From the NCBI RefSeq assembly GCF_036321535.1, contig NC_087436.1, positions 27,964,001 through 28,028,000 on the forward strand: a DNA stretch of 64,000 bases, in the 5' to 3' direction. Both the position numbers and the translations under genes were made by a program. A model generated the notes under the pieces. It was not told the origin of the DNA. It searched no databases and saw nothing but the letters and a program-made list of their open reading frames with translations. Shown one piece after another: positions 39,196 to 51,880 of this stretch (positions within the stretch are counted from its first letter, which is position 1; every line of letters begins with the position of its first letter). The DNA comes from Camelus dromedarius (lineage: Eukaryota).

Positions 39196-39765
39196 TAACC
39201 ATAGAGTAAAATGTGTAATAGTAGAAACACTGACTAGTCAGTTCAAAACAATTGTGAGAAAAAATATCAATAAATGTTTAAGTTGGTATTAGGTTTGTTT
39301 CATGGAAGAAGTTTATGAATGTTCATTAGAAGTCATCACTTGGAAAGGACTATCTAGGTACATTTTCAAAAATTTATCAACTCAATGTAATGATATCTCA
39401 ATAGCTCTTAATCTTCACAGACTCAATGTGCTCCTTAATAATATTTTTACTGTAGTATAATCAGTTTACAATGTATCAATATCTGGTGCACAACATAATA
39501 TTTTCATCATACATATACATACATACATTCATTTCCATATTCTTTTTCATCATTATATGTTACTAGAAGATACTGAATATAGTTCCTTGTGCTATACAGT
39601 ATAAACTTGTTGTTTATTTTATATATAGTAGTTGGTATCTGCAAATCTCAAATTCCCAGTTTATCTCTTCCCACTCACTTCCCCCCACCCCAGTAACCAT
39701 ACGTTTGTTTTCCGTCTGTGAGTGTGTTTCTGTTTTGTAGATACATTCATCAGTGTCTTCTTCTT

Positions 39766-42700
39766 TTAAGATTCCACATATGAGTGATATTATATGGCAT
39801 TTTTCTTTATCTTTCTGGCTTACTTCACTTAGAATGACAATCTCCAGGTCCATCCATGTTGCTGAAAATGACATTATTATTTTTTATGGCTGAGTAGTAT
39901 TCCACTGTATAAATATACCACAGTGTCTTTATCTAGTCATCAGTGGATGGACATTCGGGTTGTTTCCATCTCTTGGCTATTGTAAATAGTGTTGCTATAA
40001 ACATTGGGGTACATATATATTTTCAATTTAAGGTTCTCTCTGGATATATGCCCAGAAGTGTGATTGATGGATCAGATGGTAAGTCTATTTTTAATTTTTT
40101 GAGGAGTCTACATATTGTTTTCCATAATGGCTACATCAAATTACATTCCCACCAACAGTGTGGGGGGGGGGGTCCCTTTTCTCCACAGCCTCTCCAGCAT
40201 TTGTCATTTGTGGGCTTTTGAATGATGGTCATTCTGACTGGTGTGAGGTGACAGTAGTTTTGATTTGCACTTCTCTGATAATTAGTGATGTTGAACATTT
40301 TTTCATGTGCCTATTGGCCATCTGTTGTCTTCATTGGAGAATTGCTTGTTTAGTCCTTCTGCTCATTTTTGAATTGGGTTGTTTGTTTTTTTATTATTAA
40401 GTTGCACCAGCTGTTCATATATTCTGGAAATTAAGCCTTTGTCAGTTGTATCATTTGCAAATATTTTCTCCCATTCTGTAGTTGTCTTTTTGTTTTGTTA
40501 ATGGTTTCCTTTGCTGTACAAAAGCTTATAAATTTAATTAGGTCTCATTTGTTTATTTTTACTTTTATTTCTATTGCCTGCGTAGAGTGCCCTAGGAGAA
40601 CTACGCTAAGATTTATGTCAGAAAATGTTCCTCTTATGTTTTCTTCTAAAAGTTTTATAGTGTCCTGTCTTACATTTAAGTCTTTAAGTCATTTTGAGTT
40701 TATTTTTGTGTATATGTGAGGGAGTGTTCTAACTTCATTGATTTACATGTGGCTGTCCAGTTTTCCCAATACCACTTGATGAAGAGACTGTCTTTACTCC
40801 ATTATTTATTCTTGCCTCCTTTGTTGAAGATTAATTGACCATTAGTTGGTGAGTGTATTTCTGCGTTCTCTGTTCTGTTCCATTGTCCTACGTGTCTGTT
40901 TTTGTACCAATACCATGCTGTTTTGATTCCTGTATCTCTGTAGTGTTGTCTAAAGTCTGGGAGGGTTACTCCTCCAGCTTTGTTCTTTTTCTTCAGTATT
41001 GCTTCAGCAATTGTGGGAGTTTTGTCATTCCATGTAAATTTTAGGATTAGTTGTTCTAGTTCTGTTAAAAGTGTCATGGGTAATTTGATAGGGATTGCAT
41101 TAAATCTGTAGATTTCTCTGGGTAGTATGGCCTTTTTAACAATATTAATTCTTCCAATGTAAGAACATGGGATATCTTTCCATTACTTTAAGTCATCTTT
41201 AATTTCCTTAATAAATGTTTTGTAGTTTTCCATGTGTAAGTCTTTCACTTCCTTGGTTGGATTTACTCCTGAGTATTTTATTGCTTTGGGTGCAATTTTT
41301 AAAAGGATTGTTTCTTTACTTTTCTGATATTTCATTGTTAGTATAAAAAAATGCAGCTGATTTCTGTATGTTAATCTTGTATCCCGCTACCTTGCCGAAT
41401 TCTTTCATCAGCTCTAGTATTTTTTGTGTGGAGCCTTTAAGGTTTTCTATATATAGTATCATGCCATCCACATACTGACAATTTTACCTCTTCTCTTCCA
41501 ATTTGGATCCCTTTTGTATCTTTTTCTTGTCTGACTGCTATGGCTAGAAATTCCAATACTATTTTGAATACAAGTGGTGAGAGTGGACAACCTTTTTCCA
41601 GATTTTAGTGGGAAGGCATTAAATTTTTCACCATTGAGTATAGATTTTAGCAGGAAGGCATTCAACTTTTCACCATTGAGTATGATGCTGGCTGTAGATT
41701 TGTCATAAATAATTTATTATGTTGAGATATAATCCCTCTATACCCATTTTGGTAAGAGTTTTTATCATAAATGGGTGTTGCATTTTATCAAATGCTTTTT
41801 CTGCATCATGTGATTTTTGTCCTTTCTTTTGTTGTTTTGGTGTATCACAGTGATCAATTTGTATATACTGAAAGATCCTTGTGTCCCTGGCATGAATTCA
41901 AATTGATCATAGTGTATGATCTTTTTTATGTGTTGTTCAATTTTGTTTGCTAATATTTTGTTGAGAAATTTTGCATCTATGTTCATCAGTGATATTGGCC
42001 TGTAATTTTCTTTTTTGGTAGTGTCTTTGTCTGGTTTTGGTATCAAAGTGATGGTAGCTTCATAGAATCAGTTTGGAAGTAGTCCCTCCTCTTCAATCTT
42101 TTGGAAGAGTTTGAGAGGAGTCTATATGAGTTCTTTGTATTCTTGGTAGAATTCCCCATTGAAGCCATCTGTCCTGGACTTTTGTTTGAAAGGAGGTTTT
42201 TATTGTTGATTTTATTTCACTTTTAGTGATAGGTCTGTTAACATAATCTATTTGTTCTTGATTCAGTTTTGGTGGACTGTTTCTAAAAACTTCTCCATTT
42301 CTTTCAGCTTGTCCAATTTGTTGTCATAAAGTTGTTCATAGTATTCTCTTATTGTTTCTTGTATTTCTGTTGTGTTGGTTGTAATCTCTCCACCTTCCTT
42401 TCTCATTTTGTTTATTTGTTTCCTCTCTCATTTCTTCCTGGTAAACCTGGCCAGAGGGTTGTCGATTTCTTTTTATTCTTTCAAAAAACCAGCTCTTGGT
42501 TTGACTGATTTTTCTCTATTGTTTTTTAACCTCCATTTTATTTAATTCCTTTCTGAACTTTATTATTTCTTTCTTGCTATTGACTTTAGGTTTTGTTTGC
42601 ACTTCTTCTAATTCTTTTAGGTGGTAGGTTGGATTGTTTATTTGAGATTGTTCTTGTGTTCTGAGGAAGGCCTCTGTTGCTATGAATTTCCTTCTTAGGA

Positions 42701-43298
42701 CTGCTTTTGCTATGTCCTGTAGATTTCGTGTGGTTGTGTTTTCATCATTATTTGTCTCAAGGTATTTTTAAATTTCTTCTTTGATTTCATCATTGATCCA
42801 TTGGTATTTTTCATAGCATGTTGTTTATACTACATGCAGTCATTTTTTTTTTAGCTCATTTGTTTTTCTGTGGTTGATTTCTTGTTTCATGCTATTGTGG
42901 TCAGATAGATGCCTCAAATAATTTCTATCCTCTTAAATTCATTGAGGCTAGTTTTGTGTCTGAGTATGTGGTTTATCCTAGAAAATGTTCCATGCACACT
43001 AGGAAAGAATGTTTATTATGCTTTTTGGGGTTGTAATGTCTTAAAAATATAAATTAAGTCCAACTGCTACATTGTATCATTTAGTATCTTTGTTGCCTCA
43101 TGGATTTTGTATCTGGGAGATCTGTCCAATGATGTTAGTTGGGTATTAAAGTCTCCTACTATTATTGTGTTCTCATTAATTTCTCCCTTTATGACTATTA
43201 GTATTTGTTTTATATATTTAAGTGCTCCTATATTGGTGGCAAAAATGTTAATGAGTGTAATATCCTCTTCTTGTATTCCTTTTATCTTATGTATTTAT

Positions 43299-43333
<35 letters not shown>

Positions 43334-43643
43334 TAAATTAATCCTGTTATATTATATATGTTCTTCTTTATCATTCTTCATGGGTGTTATTTTAAAGTCT
43401 ATTTTGTCAGAGATGAACATTGCTACCCCCACTTTCTTGTAATTTCCATCTGCATGAAATACCTTTTTCCATCCTCTCCCCTTTAATCAATATGTGTCCT
43501 CCACTCTAAAGTGGGTCTCTTTTAGGCAGACATATTGTAGGCTCTTATTTTATTATCCAATCTGCCACTCTATGTCTTTTGATTGTAGCATTTAGCCCTT
43601 TGACATTTATGGTAATTATTTATAGATGTGTGTTTGTTGCCAT
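39766..43643 (-). pseudogene. L1 ORF2 remnant (endonuclease/reverse transcriptase; disrupted)
   Basis: ATG at 43643 reads MATNTHL*, with an early stop. Track fragments 41765-42046, 41459-41665, 40802-41077 and 39614-39874 carry ORF2p motifs in different frames. Confidence 0.9.
43302..43329. repeat. (AT)14 microsatellite inside L1 ORF2
   Basis: Perfect AT run of 28 bp. Confidence 0.95.
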
Positions 43644-44046
43644 TTTAAACTTTGTTTTCCAGTTGATTTGGTATTTCTTCTTTCTTTCTTTCTTTGTTTC
43701 TTTTTTTGTTTTCCTTTTTGTGGTTTGATAATTTTCTTTTTTATTAGCTTGGTTTCTTTTTGGGTTTTGTGACTCTATTGTATGCTTTTGATTTGTGGTA
43801 ACCCTTTTTTCAAGTATGTTAACCCATTACTATATCTATTTGATTTAGACTGGTAGTCATATAGGGTCAAACACATCCTAAGTAGAACAAAAAGAAAATC
43901 TACATTTGTTTTGCTCCCCTCTCTCACATTTTATGATTTTGATGACCTCTTTTACATCTTTATGTTTACTTTCCTGCAGTTCATTGTAGTACTGCATTTC
44001 TGCTTATGTTTTTTCTCTTTTCTATAGCTTTCTGCTTCTTTTCTAT

Positions 44047-44921
44047 TTAGAGAAAAACTTTCAGTATTTCTTCTAGGATAGATTTAGTATTGCTGAATTC
44101 TTCCAGTTTTTGCTTGTCTGAAATTCTTTATTTCTTCCTCTAGTCTAAAGGATAGTCTTGCTGGATAGAGTATCCTGGGTTGCAGATTTTTCTCATTCAG
44201 GACTTTGAATATATCTTGCCACTCCCTTCTGGCCAGCAGTGTCTATATACAGAAATCAGCTTAAAGCCTTATGGGGGTTTCCTTGTAACTCTTTGTTTTT
44301 CTGTTGCTGCCTTTAGAATCATTTCTTTATCTTTAACTTTAGCCATCTTAATTATAATATGTCTTGGTGTAGGTCTGTTTGGATTCATCTTATTTGGAAC
44401 CTTTGTGCTTCTTGTACTTGGATATCTGTTTCCTTCTTTAGGTTTGGGAAGTTTTCAGTCATTATTTCTTCAAATACCTTTTCAATCCCCTTGTCTCTTT
44501 CTTCTTCTTCTGGGACCCCTATTATGTGTCGATTAGCATGCTTCATATTATCCCATAGGTCCCTTATATTGTTTTCATTTGCTTTTCTGTCTGCTGTTCT
44601 GATTGGGTGATTTCTGTTATTATGTATTCTAAATCACTTATTCATTCTTCTGCATTATTTATTCTGCTTTTGACTGCTTTTAGCTTGGCTTTTAACTCAG
44701 CAATTTAGTTTTCTGATTTTAGTTGGCTCCTCTTTATAGTTTCTATTTCCTTTTTACAGTATTCTGCATTTCTATTGATAGTCTCTCTTATTTACTTCTG
44801 TGCTTTATCACCTGCTTTTTGAAGTCATGATCTAGTAGATTGTCAAGGTCTATTTCATTGTTCATTCCTTCAAGGACTTCTCTTGTTTTTTTAATTGGGA
44901 GTGGTTCCTCTCCTTCTTCAT
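44047..44921 (-). pseudogene. L1 ORF1 remnant (disrupted)
   Basis: ATG at 44921 reads MKKERNHSQLKKQEKS before a stop; the ORF1-like C-terminus ends near 44047; no long open frame remains. Confidence 0.8.
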
Positions 44922-46846
44922 TTTACATATATTTCTCTGAATGTATGAATTTAGGAGTAACAGTTATCTACTGTGGTCCTGAAGAGATTAAAAAAAAATT
45001 TTTTTAAAGGGAATGTTCTTGTGTAGGCTGTGTGCATCTAATAATTTTGTTACAAGGGCTGTTTTTTGTTTGGGTGGTTACCACGTCTTTCCTCTATGTG
45101 TGCTGGCTGTTATCCCCTTGACTGGGGATGTGGTTCATGTTGTGGTGGCCAGAACCTGCCCTGGTTGTTGAGCCAGGCCTCCTCTTAGCTCTGTGGTTGT
45201 CACAGCCCTGGCAGCTGCTGGGTCAGCTCCCCTGTTGCTGGAATAGAGGCTTCCAGGCCAATTTCTGAACCATTATGTGTGGTACATGGGATTGGAACAC
45301 TTCTGCTGAAAGAGAAGCCACTGGGTATTCCTCCACAGGGAATGTCCACTGGGAAGTGCCCTCTGTGGTGTTGTCTGTAACTTGTTATGTGAGCTTACAA
45401 AGTGCACTCTGTTGACTCTGCCCTTGTGTCCTCCTCAGTCACAGGAATATCGGCAACCCACTCTGGTATCCCCCAGGTTCTGCACCCAGAGAGACACCCA
45501 CGGAGATCCACCAATGTCATACACTAGGACTTGCCATAGTGTGCCACAAGGTCAGCCCGGACCCTAGCCCTGCATCTGGATATGGTATGCAGGCCTGCTG
45601 TTCATGCCAAACCTGCCCCTTTCAGAACTCCATTCATTTGTCTCAGAGATGCGGGTCCACAATGGCAAAAGTGGAGCAGATCTGCCTCCTCTGCTGAGGA
45701 CTAGAATCAAATCTGAGTCCAGCCTGCAAAGTTGCAGGCCCCCTGGGTATGGATTCAGGTTTAGCCCTGCCTCCGGCCATAAGACATGCACCAGGGGTTG
45801 TGTCCATTCAGAGAAAGCTGAGATGTCTATGTCTGAACCCTACCTCTCTTCTTGCCAGAATGCACACCAACAATGGTGCCAAGCAACATCCTCTGGGCTA
45901 GTGGAGATGGCTGCTTTGGTGGGGCTGCATTGTGCCCCTCCTCCCTACATGCACCAGCAGTGGTGCTTTTTATGGGGGTCCCAAGCTATTCTGTTCTGCA
46001 CACTCCCAGCCTCAACATGCACCACACTCCAGGCACCTGAGGCTGCCTTTGCACAGTTAGATCAGTCTTATCCCTGGACTCATCCACAGAAGCCTGAGCT
46101 TCAGTAGCCTGGTCCAGCCCACCTTCTCCAGCTCGAATCTAGGGCTAGGGATAACATGGACCTTCTGTGCTGGTTTCTCTCAATTCTGTCTGCCAAGTGG
46201 CTGCTACTTTCTCCTCTGAGCCTCTGAAGCTCCCTTTTTGTTCCTGCCGACCTTCTTACTGGAAAGGGGGCTTCCCAGAGTGAGGGCACTTTTCCTCCTC
46301 TGCCACTCTCTCACTGCAGGACAGATTGCTCACTGAGTTTCTTTTTCTTTATTTCTTTTTCTCCTGCCTGGTTTTGTGAGGATTTTCTTGTATTTCAAAA
46401 GTAAGAGATATTCCGCCAAAGTTCAGTAGGTATGCTGTGTGAGGAATTCTCTTTTTAGATGTAATTTTTGGTGTATTCATGGGTGAGGGAGAGCTATGTG
46501 TCCTTCTACTCCCCTATCTTGGCAATCTCCCAATAATATTTTATATAAAATTTCCCCCTTACTATGATAAAAGTTAATAAACAATCTAAACTGCATATAT
46601 ATTTTAATTAATAAAATGATATAATAAAAAGAAGAAAATTTAAACATAACATGTAATAAAATATACAATGTTTAAAATCTTAGCACAACTATAATAAAAC
46701 CACAGTGATATTATTAGTTCTTTGCATCCACATACAAAAAAGTCTGGATATAGAATTGTAATTTGTCATTTAAATAAACATTGCTAACATCCTCTTTCTA
46801 CTTGGTATTCCATAATAAATGTTGGATACATATTTTGTGTTGCATT

Positions 46847-47322
46847 TGTGATGGTTATTTTTTTGTGTCATTAGCTGGGCTACAGTGTGTACAGATAATG
46901 ATCAAACATAATTCTGATTGTTTCTGAAAGTTGTTTTGGGATGAAATAAACAGTTAAATTGGTGGACTTTGAGAGAAGTAGATTATTCTTCATAATAATG
47001 CAGGGGTGAGCCTCATCCAATCAGCTTAAGGTCAAAATAGAACAAAAAGACTGGCCTCCCAGAGCAAGAGATTATTCTCTAGCAGACTGCATTCAGACTT
47101 CTGCAATACTGCTTCTTCCTGGTTCTACAGCATGAGGCTTTTGAACTCACCCTGGAACTTCACCTCTGCTGGGTCTCTAGTTTGCAGACTTACCCTGCAG
47201 ATTTAAACCTACCAACTTCCATAATAATTATGTAAGCCAACCCTATGCAATAAGTCACTATATATATATACACACATGCACATCCTGTTGGTTCTATTTT
47301 CTAGAGAACCCTGACTAATACA
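46847..47322 (+). mobile_element. ERVL solo LTR, MLT2 family
   Basis: TGTGATGGTTATT...GCCTCATCCAATCAG...TTCTAGAGAACCCTGACTAATACA; near-perfect TSD GCATT (46842-46846) / CCATT (47323-47327). Confidence 0.95.
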
Positions 47323-47623
47323 CCATTAGTCATGTATTTTACATAATTATAAACTACTCTTATTAACATCTAGAGCAAAACAAATTAAATTACCCCCTCA
47401 ACTTATATAGGTGCATTTCTAACAAACTTGGAGTATATTAAGGTGATAAAATACTTTGTCATTATATGTAAAATGAAAATAGATTATTGTCCTAGATAAT
47501 TATAATTTTTTAACCTCAGGAATTTCCAATGAGATAGAAATTAATGCAGGTCATGGGACAATCATTATTTTAGTGAGACTCTCCTGCACATGTCATTCTA
47601 GGTGCCCAGCTCAGCTTCATCAT

Positions 47624-47630
<7 letters not shown>

Positions 47631-47662
<32 letters not shown>
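47631..47662 (+). repeat. (CA)16 microsatellite
   Basis: Perfect CA run. Confidence 0.97.
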
Positions 47663-47665
<3 letters not shown>

Positions 47666-47864
47666 GGTGTCATGAGAAGGCTGAACAGAACCAAACACGC
47701 TTACATTTCCTTGAGAGCATGATTGCCCCTCACATACTTTCCCTAATTGAAACTGTGAGTGCTGCAAGAGCCACTGCCTGCATTCTACCTCTGAACTCAA
47801 AAGCAATAATAATATTAATATACTAATACTACTAATACAAATGACTTCACTACTACTGATTTTA

Positions 47865-47960
47865 TAACTTTACTTAAGTCACTTAACCTCTCTGGACTAG
47901 TATTTTCTCACATTGTCATCATTAAAAAATAAGACCAGAAGAAGGACTGATGACCTGATG
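47865..47960 (+). mobile_element. MIR/MIR3 core fragment
   Basis: AAGTCACTTAACCTCTCTGGACTAGTATTTTCTCA. Confidence 0.55.
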
Positions 47961-50577
47961 ATATAGTCTTAGTGAAATCCCCATCCAGTCAGACTGACCT
48001 GGTCACATACCCTATTTGTAAACACGGATACCCTCCTGAGGTTGATATAGTAGAAAATCTCAATTTGAATAAATTCTATGTCAACCATTTGGGGAATTAT
48101 AAATCTACAAAGATATAACTTCTTACTAGTTATACTGGAAATTCAGAACTCTCTTATAAGTAAAGCTACTCAGTTAACAGGGGGAACACCCTGTAACATC
48201 TTTTGGTTAAGGTTTATTATAAAAGCTTGGCAATATTTTAACTCCATTTGAAGAAATAACACTAATGATATATAGAAAGAAAATATATATTTATTATAAA
48301 TATCACCCAATGTATACGTGCAATTTTTAGTTCATTTTTACTTTTTTTAAGAACATAATGTTAACCTATTTATGAATTGTAATTTTCTAACCTTGATATT
48401 TCATGATGCGAGTTTTTAATACATTTTATTTTAGAAATTCTGACAGAATTTCTAAGTTACTGCTTCATATTTTGCTTCAGAAAGTGTTAACAATTCTTGG
48501 AATGTTTAGGACAAATGAAAATAAATTTCTTCTTCATACCTAAGAGCAAAAGCTACTCACACCATGATATTCAGTACTTCCAATCACTCGTAAATGCATG
48601 GTAAAGAAAAGCACTTGCAACACATCAATCAACTGATGGAAAGAGCTAAAATGGGAGAAATGTTGCTGATTTCATATCAGCTGCAACTCAACAAAGGATT
48701 TTGCTCCATTTTCCTTTTAGCACATAGCAGAGTAATAAATAATATTAACATATATAAATAATAAATTAAGGTACTTATGATAGCATCTTTTAGGGTGTTA
48801 TGAATAAATAAAAATAGTTTGGGTATCTCTAAAGGTGATTAGATAATAAATATTTTAAAGACAAACTATGAATATTAAGAACATGTTTCACATATCTATG
48901 TTGATAGAAAGATTTTATTTTCCTTGGCATTATCATTGATTCTTTTTTAACTATCCATTTAGCACAGTTATCTAAGTTCAAAATTTTAAAATATAACCAC
49001 ATAATAGATTTTTTTTGCCATCTTAGAATGCTAAGTGCCACTACAATGAAATATCAATAAAACTGGTGTTTCTGGTGAAAAAATCATTTTGTTAGAGAAT
49101 TTTATGAATTCAGTGGCAGGTATAAAGACTAATATATGCAATATTATTTTTGATTCTTATTCTTAAGTGAGTTAAGGAATGATGATTTTGGTCTCAAAAA
49201 ATTCATCCTTTTAGAGATTTTCCACTATTCCGAAAAATAATACTAACCACTTTTCTCAATGCCTTATAGCTCCACAATGAAAATCTCAGATACTGAAATT
49301 TTCTTTATGATATTTTGATTATAAGAAGGCAAGAACGGAGAGGCATGTTCCTCTCTGTATTCACATATATTTGTCATTAGCATGTTCATGAAAATAGACA
49401 ATTTAATGAGAATTTTAGGTTTCTTGTAATCCTGATGTCCTGTAGAAATCTCAGTGAGTGCAAGCCAGTGTCCTTCATATGATATTGGATATAAAGTAGC
49501 ACTATGGTACCTTCTTCAATATCATATAGAGCTATTGTTACAGGAGGAAGTTTATTCATGTCAAACCATTAGCTTTAAAAAGGTTGATTACAGTAGATCA
49601 GGTTGTAGTTGGTAATTAAAGCAGAAAGTGTCTATTTTCACCACAGAAGCTTAAGATTTGATCTCTAAAGTCCATGAGATTAAACGCTCCCAAAGAGTTT
49701 AGAAAACAAAACAAAACCAGATGATGAGGCTATGATGTCACAGAGCTGGCAACAGCAACATGACCCACAATGCATGGTTAGCCGTCAGCCAACATTGTGC
49801 AGATAGGAGGAAGAAATAGAAATAGGTAAAAGTCCCAGAAGCAGTCAAGTGGCACTCAATAAAGCAGTGTGGGACAAGATGGGTTTGAAGTCCATGTAAG
49901 AGGATCTACATCAGAGTCAATAAAGAGGTGTTCCTGAGGCCTCACTAGATAAGGTTTATCAGCCCCTTAATGAAGAGAAACTAGTTACTTACGTCAGAAC
50001 ACTCCAAGCACTCTTGATTTTCCATGTAAACATTCTGATATATAAATGTTTATCTCATAATCTAGAGTACAGCTATTTCCAACTACTTTTTGAAAAATAA
50101 ATACCTAAGAAGTATTTTTTTTTTTTTACTTTTGTCAGATAGGAATTCCCAAACTCTGAGAAACATCTCAACGATTACAGTCAAGACACCAGTCCTACTC
50201 TAGTAAAATTACAAATTCCATAGGAGTTTAGGCACAGGAAGATTTATTCCTTATGTTTCCTAAAGCTATATAATTATTACACCAATCAGTGTTTACTCTT
50301 TTTAGGCAAAATCATGTAAATTAACCTGCATATGCTCCAATATGCCAATGATTTTCTCAAAAGCCAGGAACTTCAGTATACTGGTATCAGTCTATTTCAT
50401 TAAATATATTACATTTGAAAGGATTCATGTACACTTTAAGAAGATCTTCAGAATAATTATATATGAACTCTTTCATTAAGGAAATGTGACAGCTATATCC
50501 TTTCAGAGACCAAAGGTAAAGCAACTTCCATTTTGTCAAACATCCTGTTTTTTACAAATAGCTTTATATGTTTAATT

Positions 50578-50665
50578 TATGCATCCCTTCATCCATCAAA
50601 ATTTACTGAGAATCTGATGTGTGCCAATCACTGTGTTAGGTTCTAGAAAGACAATAAAAAATACC
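50578..50665 (-). mobile_element. L2 3' fragment
   Basis: TCATCCATCAAAATTTACTGAGAATCTGATGTGTGCCAATCACTGTGTTAGGTTCTAG. Confidence 0.65.
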
Positions 50666-50909
50666 ACTTGTTTTATGTTACACAGTATGAAATACTAAAA
50701 ATATTTAGCCCTGGCAGGGGAAGGCTGCCTGGCAAGATGGTAGAAAGAAGATACTTGGTTTATAAATGCCAAAGAAACTGACAGAATTTGTGATCCAAAG
50801 AAGAAATTCAACAGTTAGAGAACAAATCTAAATGAGGAAGAAGTAATTAAATCATATCCATGGTGTTCAGATTCCAGATTACCTCCTTTGTGCCACATTT
50901 CAGGGAATT

Positions 50910-50996
50910 AAAAACGAAACAAAACAAACAAATAACAACAACAACAACAACAACAAAATTGGAGAAGGAAACCAGGCAGAAAAAAACAAAAAAACA
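50910..50996 (+). repeat. (AAAAC)/(AAC)n A-rich simple repeat
   Basis: AAACAAAACAAACAAATAACAACAACAACAACAACAACAAAA...AAAAAAACAAAAAAAC. Confidence 0.85.
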
Positions 50997-51637
50997 GGCA
51001 TGTGATCTAAGTTCCCAAAGAGGATATTCCAGAGAACTCCCACAATTGCACCCTGGAAGTCCGTGGAGCGCTGTTAGAACATTCCCACTGCCTAGAAACA
51101 AGGAAAGTGTAATCTGACCTTTCTGTTAAAATGCCCAGAATCCCATTCTTCATAGGAACTAGATTAATTTTCTAGATGTACAAGCAAATGACATAATTGC
51201 TTGAACACAGGATCAATAATGTTGAAATAACAAGGTCCAGAGCATTAATTAAGTATGCATGGGTGTGTGGCAGGGAGGTGTTATTCCCGTATCTGATCAC
51301 ACTCCTTAACTTTCAAGACGTCTACCTCTATCTTCCACTCTACACTTTAGAGGAGCTGAAGAAATGAAATTAAAAATGAAATTTAAAAAAAGGCAAGCAG
51401 GTGGCAGAAACATAAAGCACTGAAAAGAATATGAAGAAAAATAATGCAATAGAGAGCTCTTGCCCCATTGAAATAGGAGGGTAAAACCTAAATAAAAAAA
51501 AAAATTAAAGTGATCAAAATACTGCTTTGTCCAGCTACATATGTTTTATATTTGACACAAAGCACAGCATTTATAATTAAAGACTTTTATGTGAACAGGG
51601 TGAAAACGTTGCTTAAAGCTTGTAGGATTATGCATCG

Positions 51638-51880
51638 GCAGCAGTAGGGGCGTGATTGAGAACAAGGTATCTGAACAAGGCTGTCTGTGATCAAATTCCG
51701 GTTTTGAGTGACCAACAGCCAGGTGTTTAAACTCTCTTTGCTGGTTTTTTTAAGTCTAAACTGAGAATCCCAGTAAAATCTACATCATAGAATTATGAAA
51801 ATTCATACAAGTCAATTTGTATAAATTACTTAGAAGAAAGCATAATAAATAGTAAGCATTTAAGAAACATTAGCCATATT
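51638..51880 (+). mobile_element. MIR SINE
   Basis: GCAGTAGGGGCGTGATTGAGAACA...TCAAATTCCGG...TTTAAACTCTCT...TACATCATAGAATTATG...TAGTAAGCATTTAAGAAACATTAGC. Confidence 0.75.

Larger units (their letters stand above)
39448..46531 (-). mobile_element. Full-length LINE-1 (~7.1 kb), inactive, with 11-bp TSD
   Basis: TSD AATAATATTTT at 39437-39447 and 46532-46542. The 5' end reads GGGAGATTGCCAAGATAGGGGAGTAGAAGG on minus, followed by a GC-richer 5' UTR (~44925-46531), ORF1, a spacer, ORF2 ([47 protein letters not shown]) and the 3' UTR. Confidence 0.98.

Noticed and set aside
45604..46107. Longest ORF in the track (167 aa, plus strand) as a gene or ORF0-like product
   Set aside because: It lies antisense in the GC-richer L1 5' UTR, where stop codons are rarer. 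I recognise no domain and see no evidence of selection.
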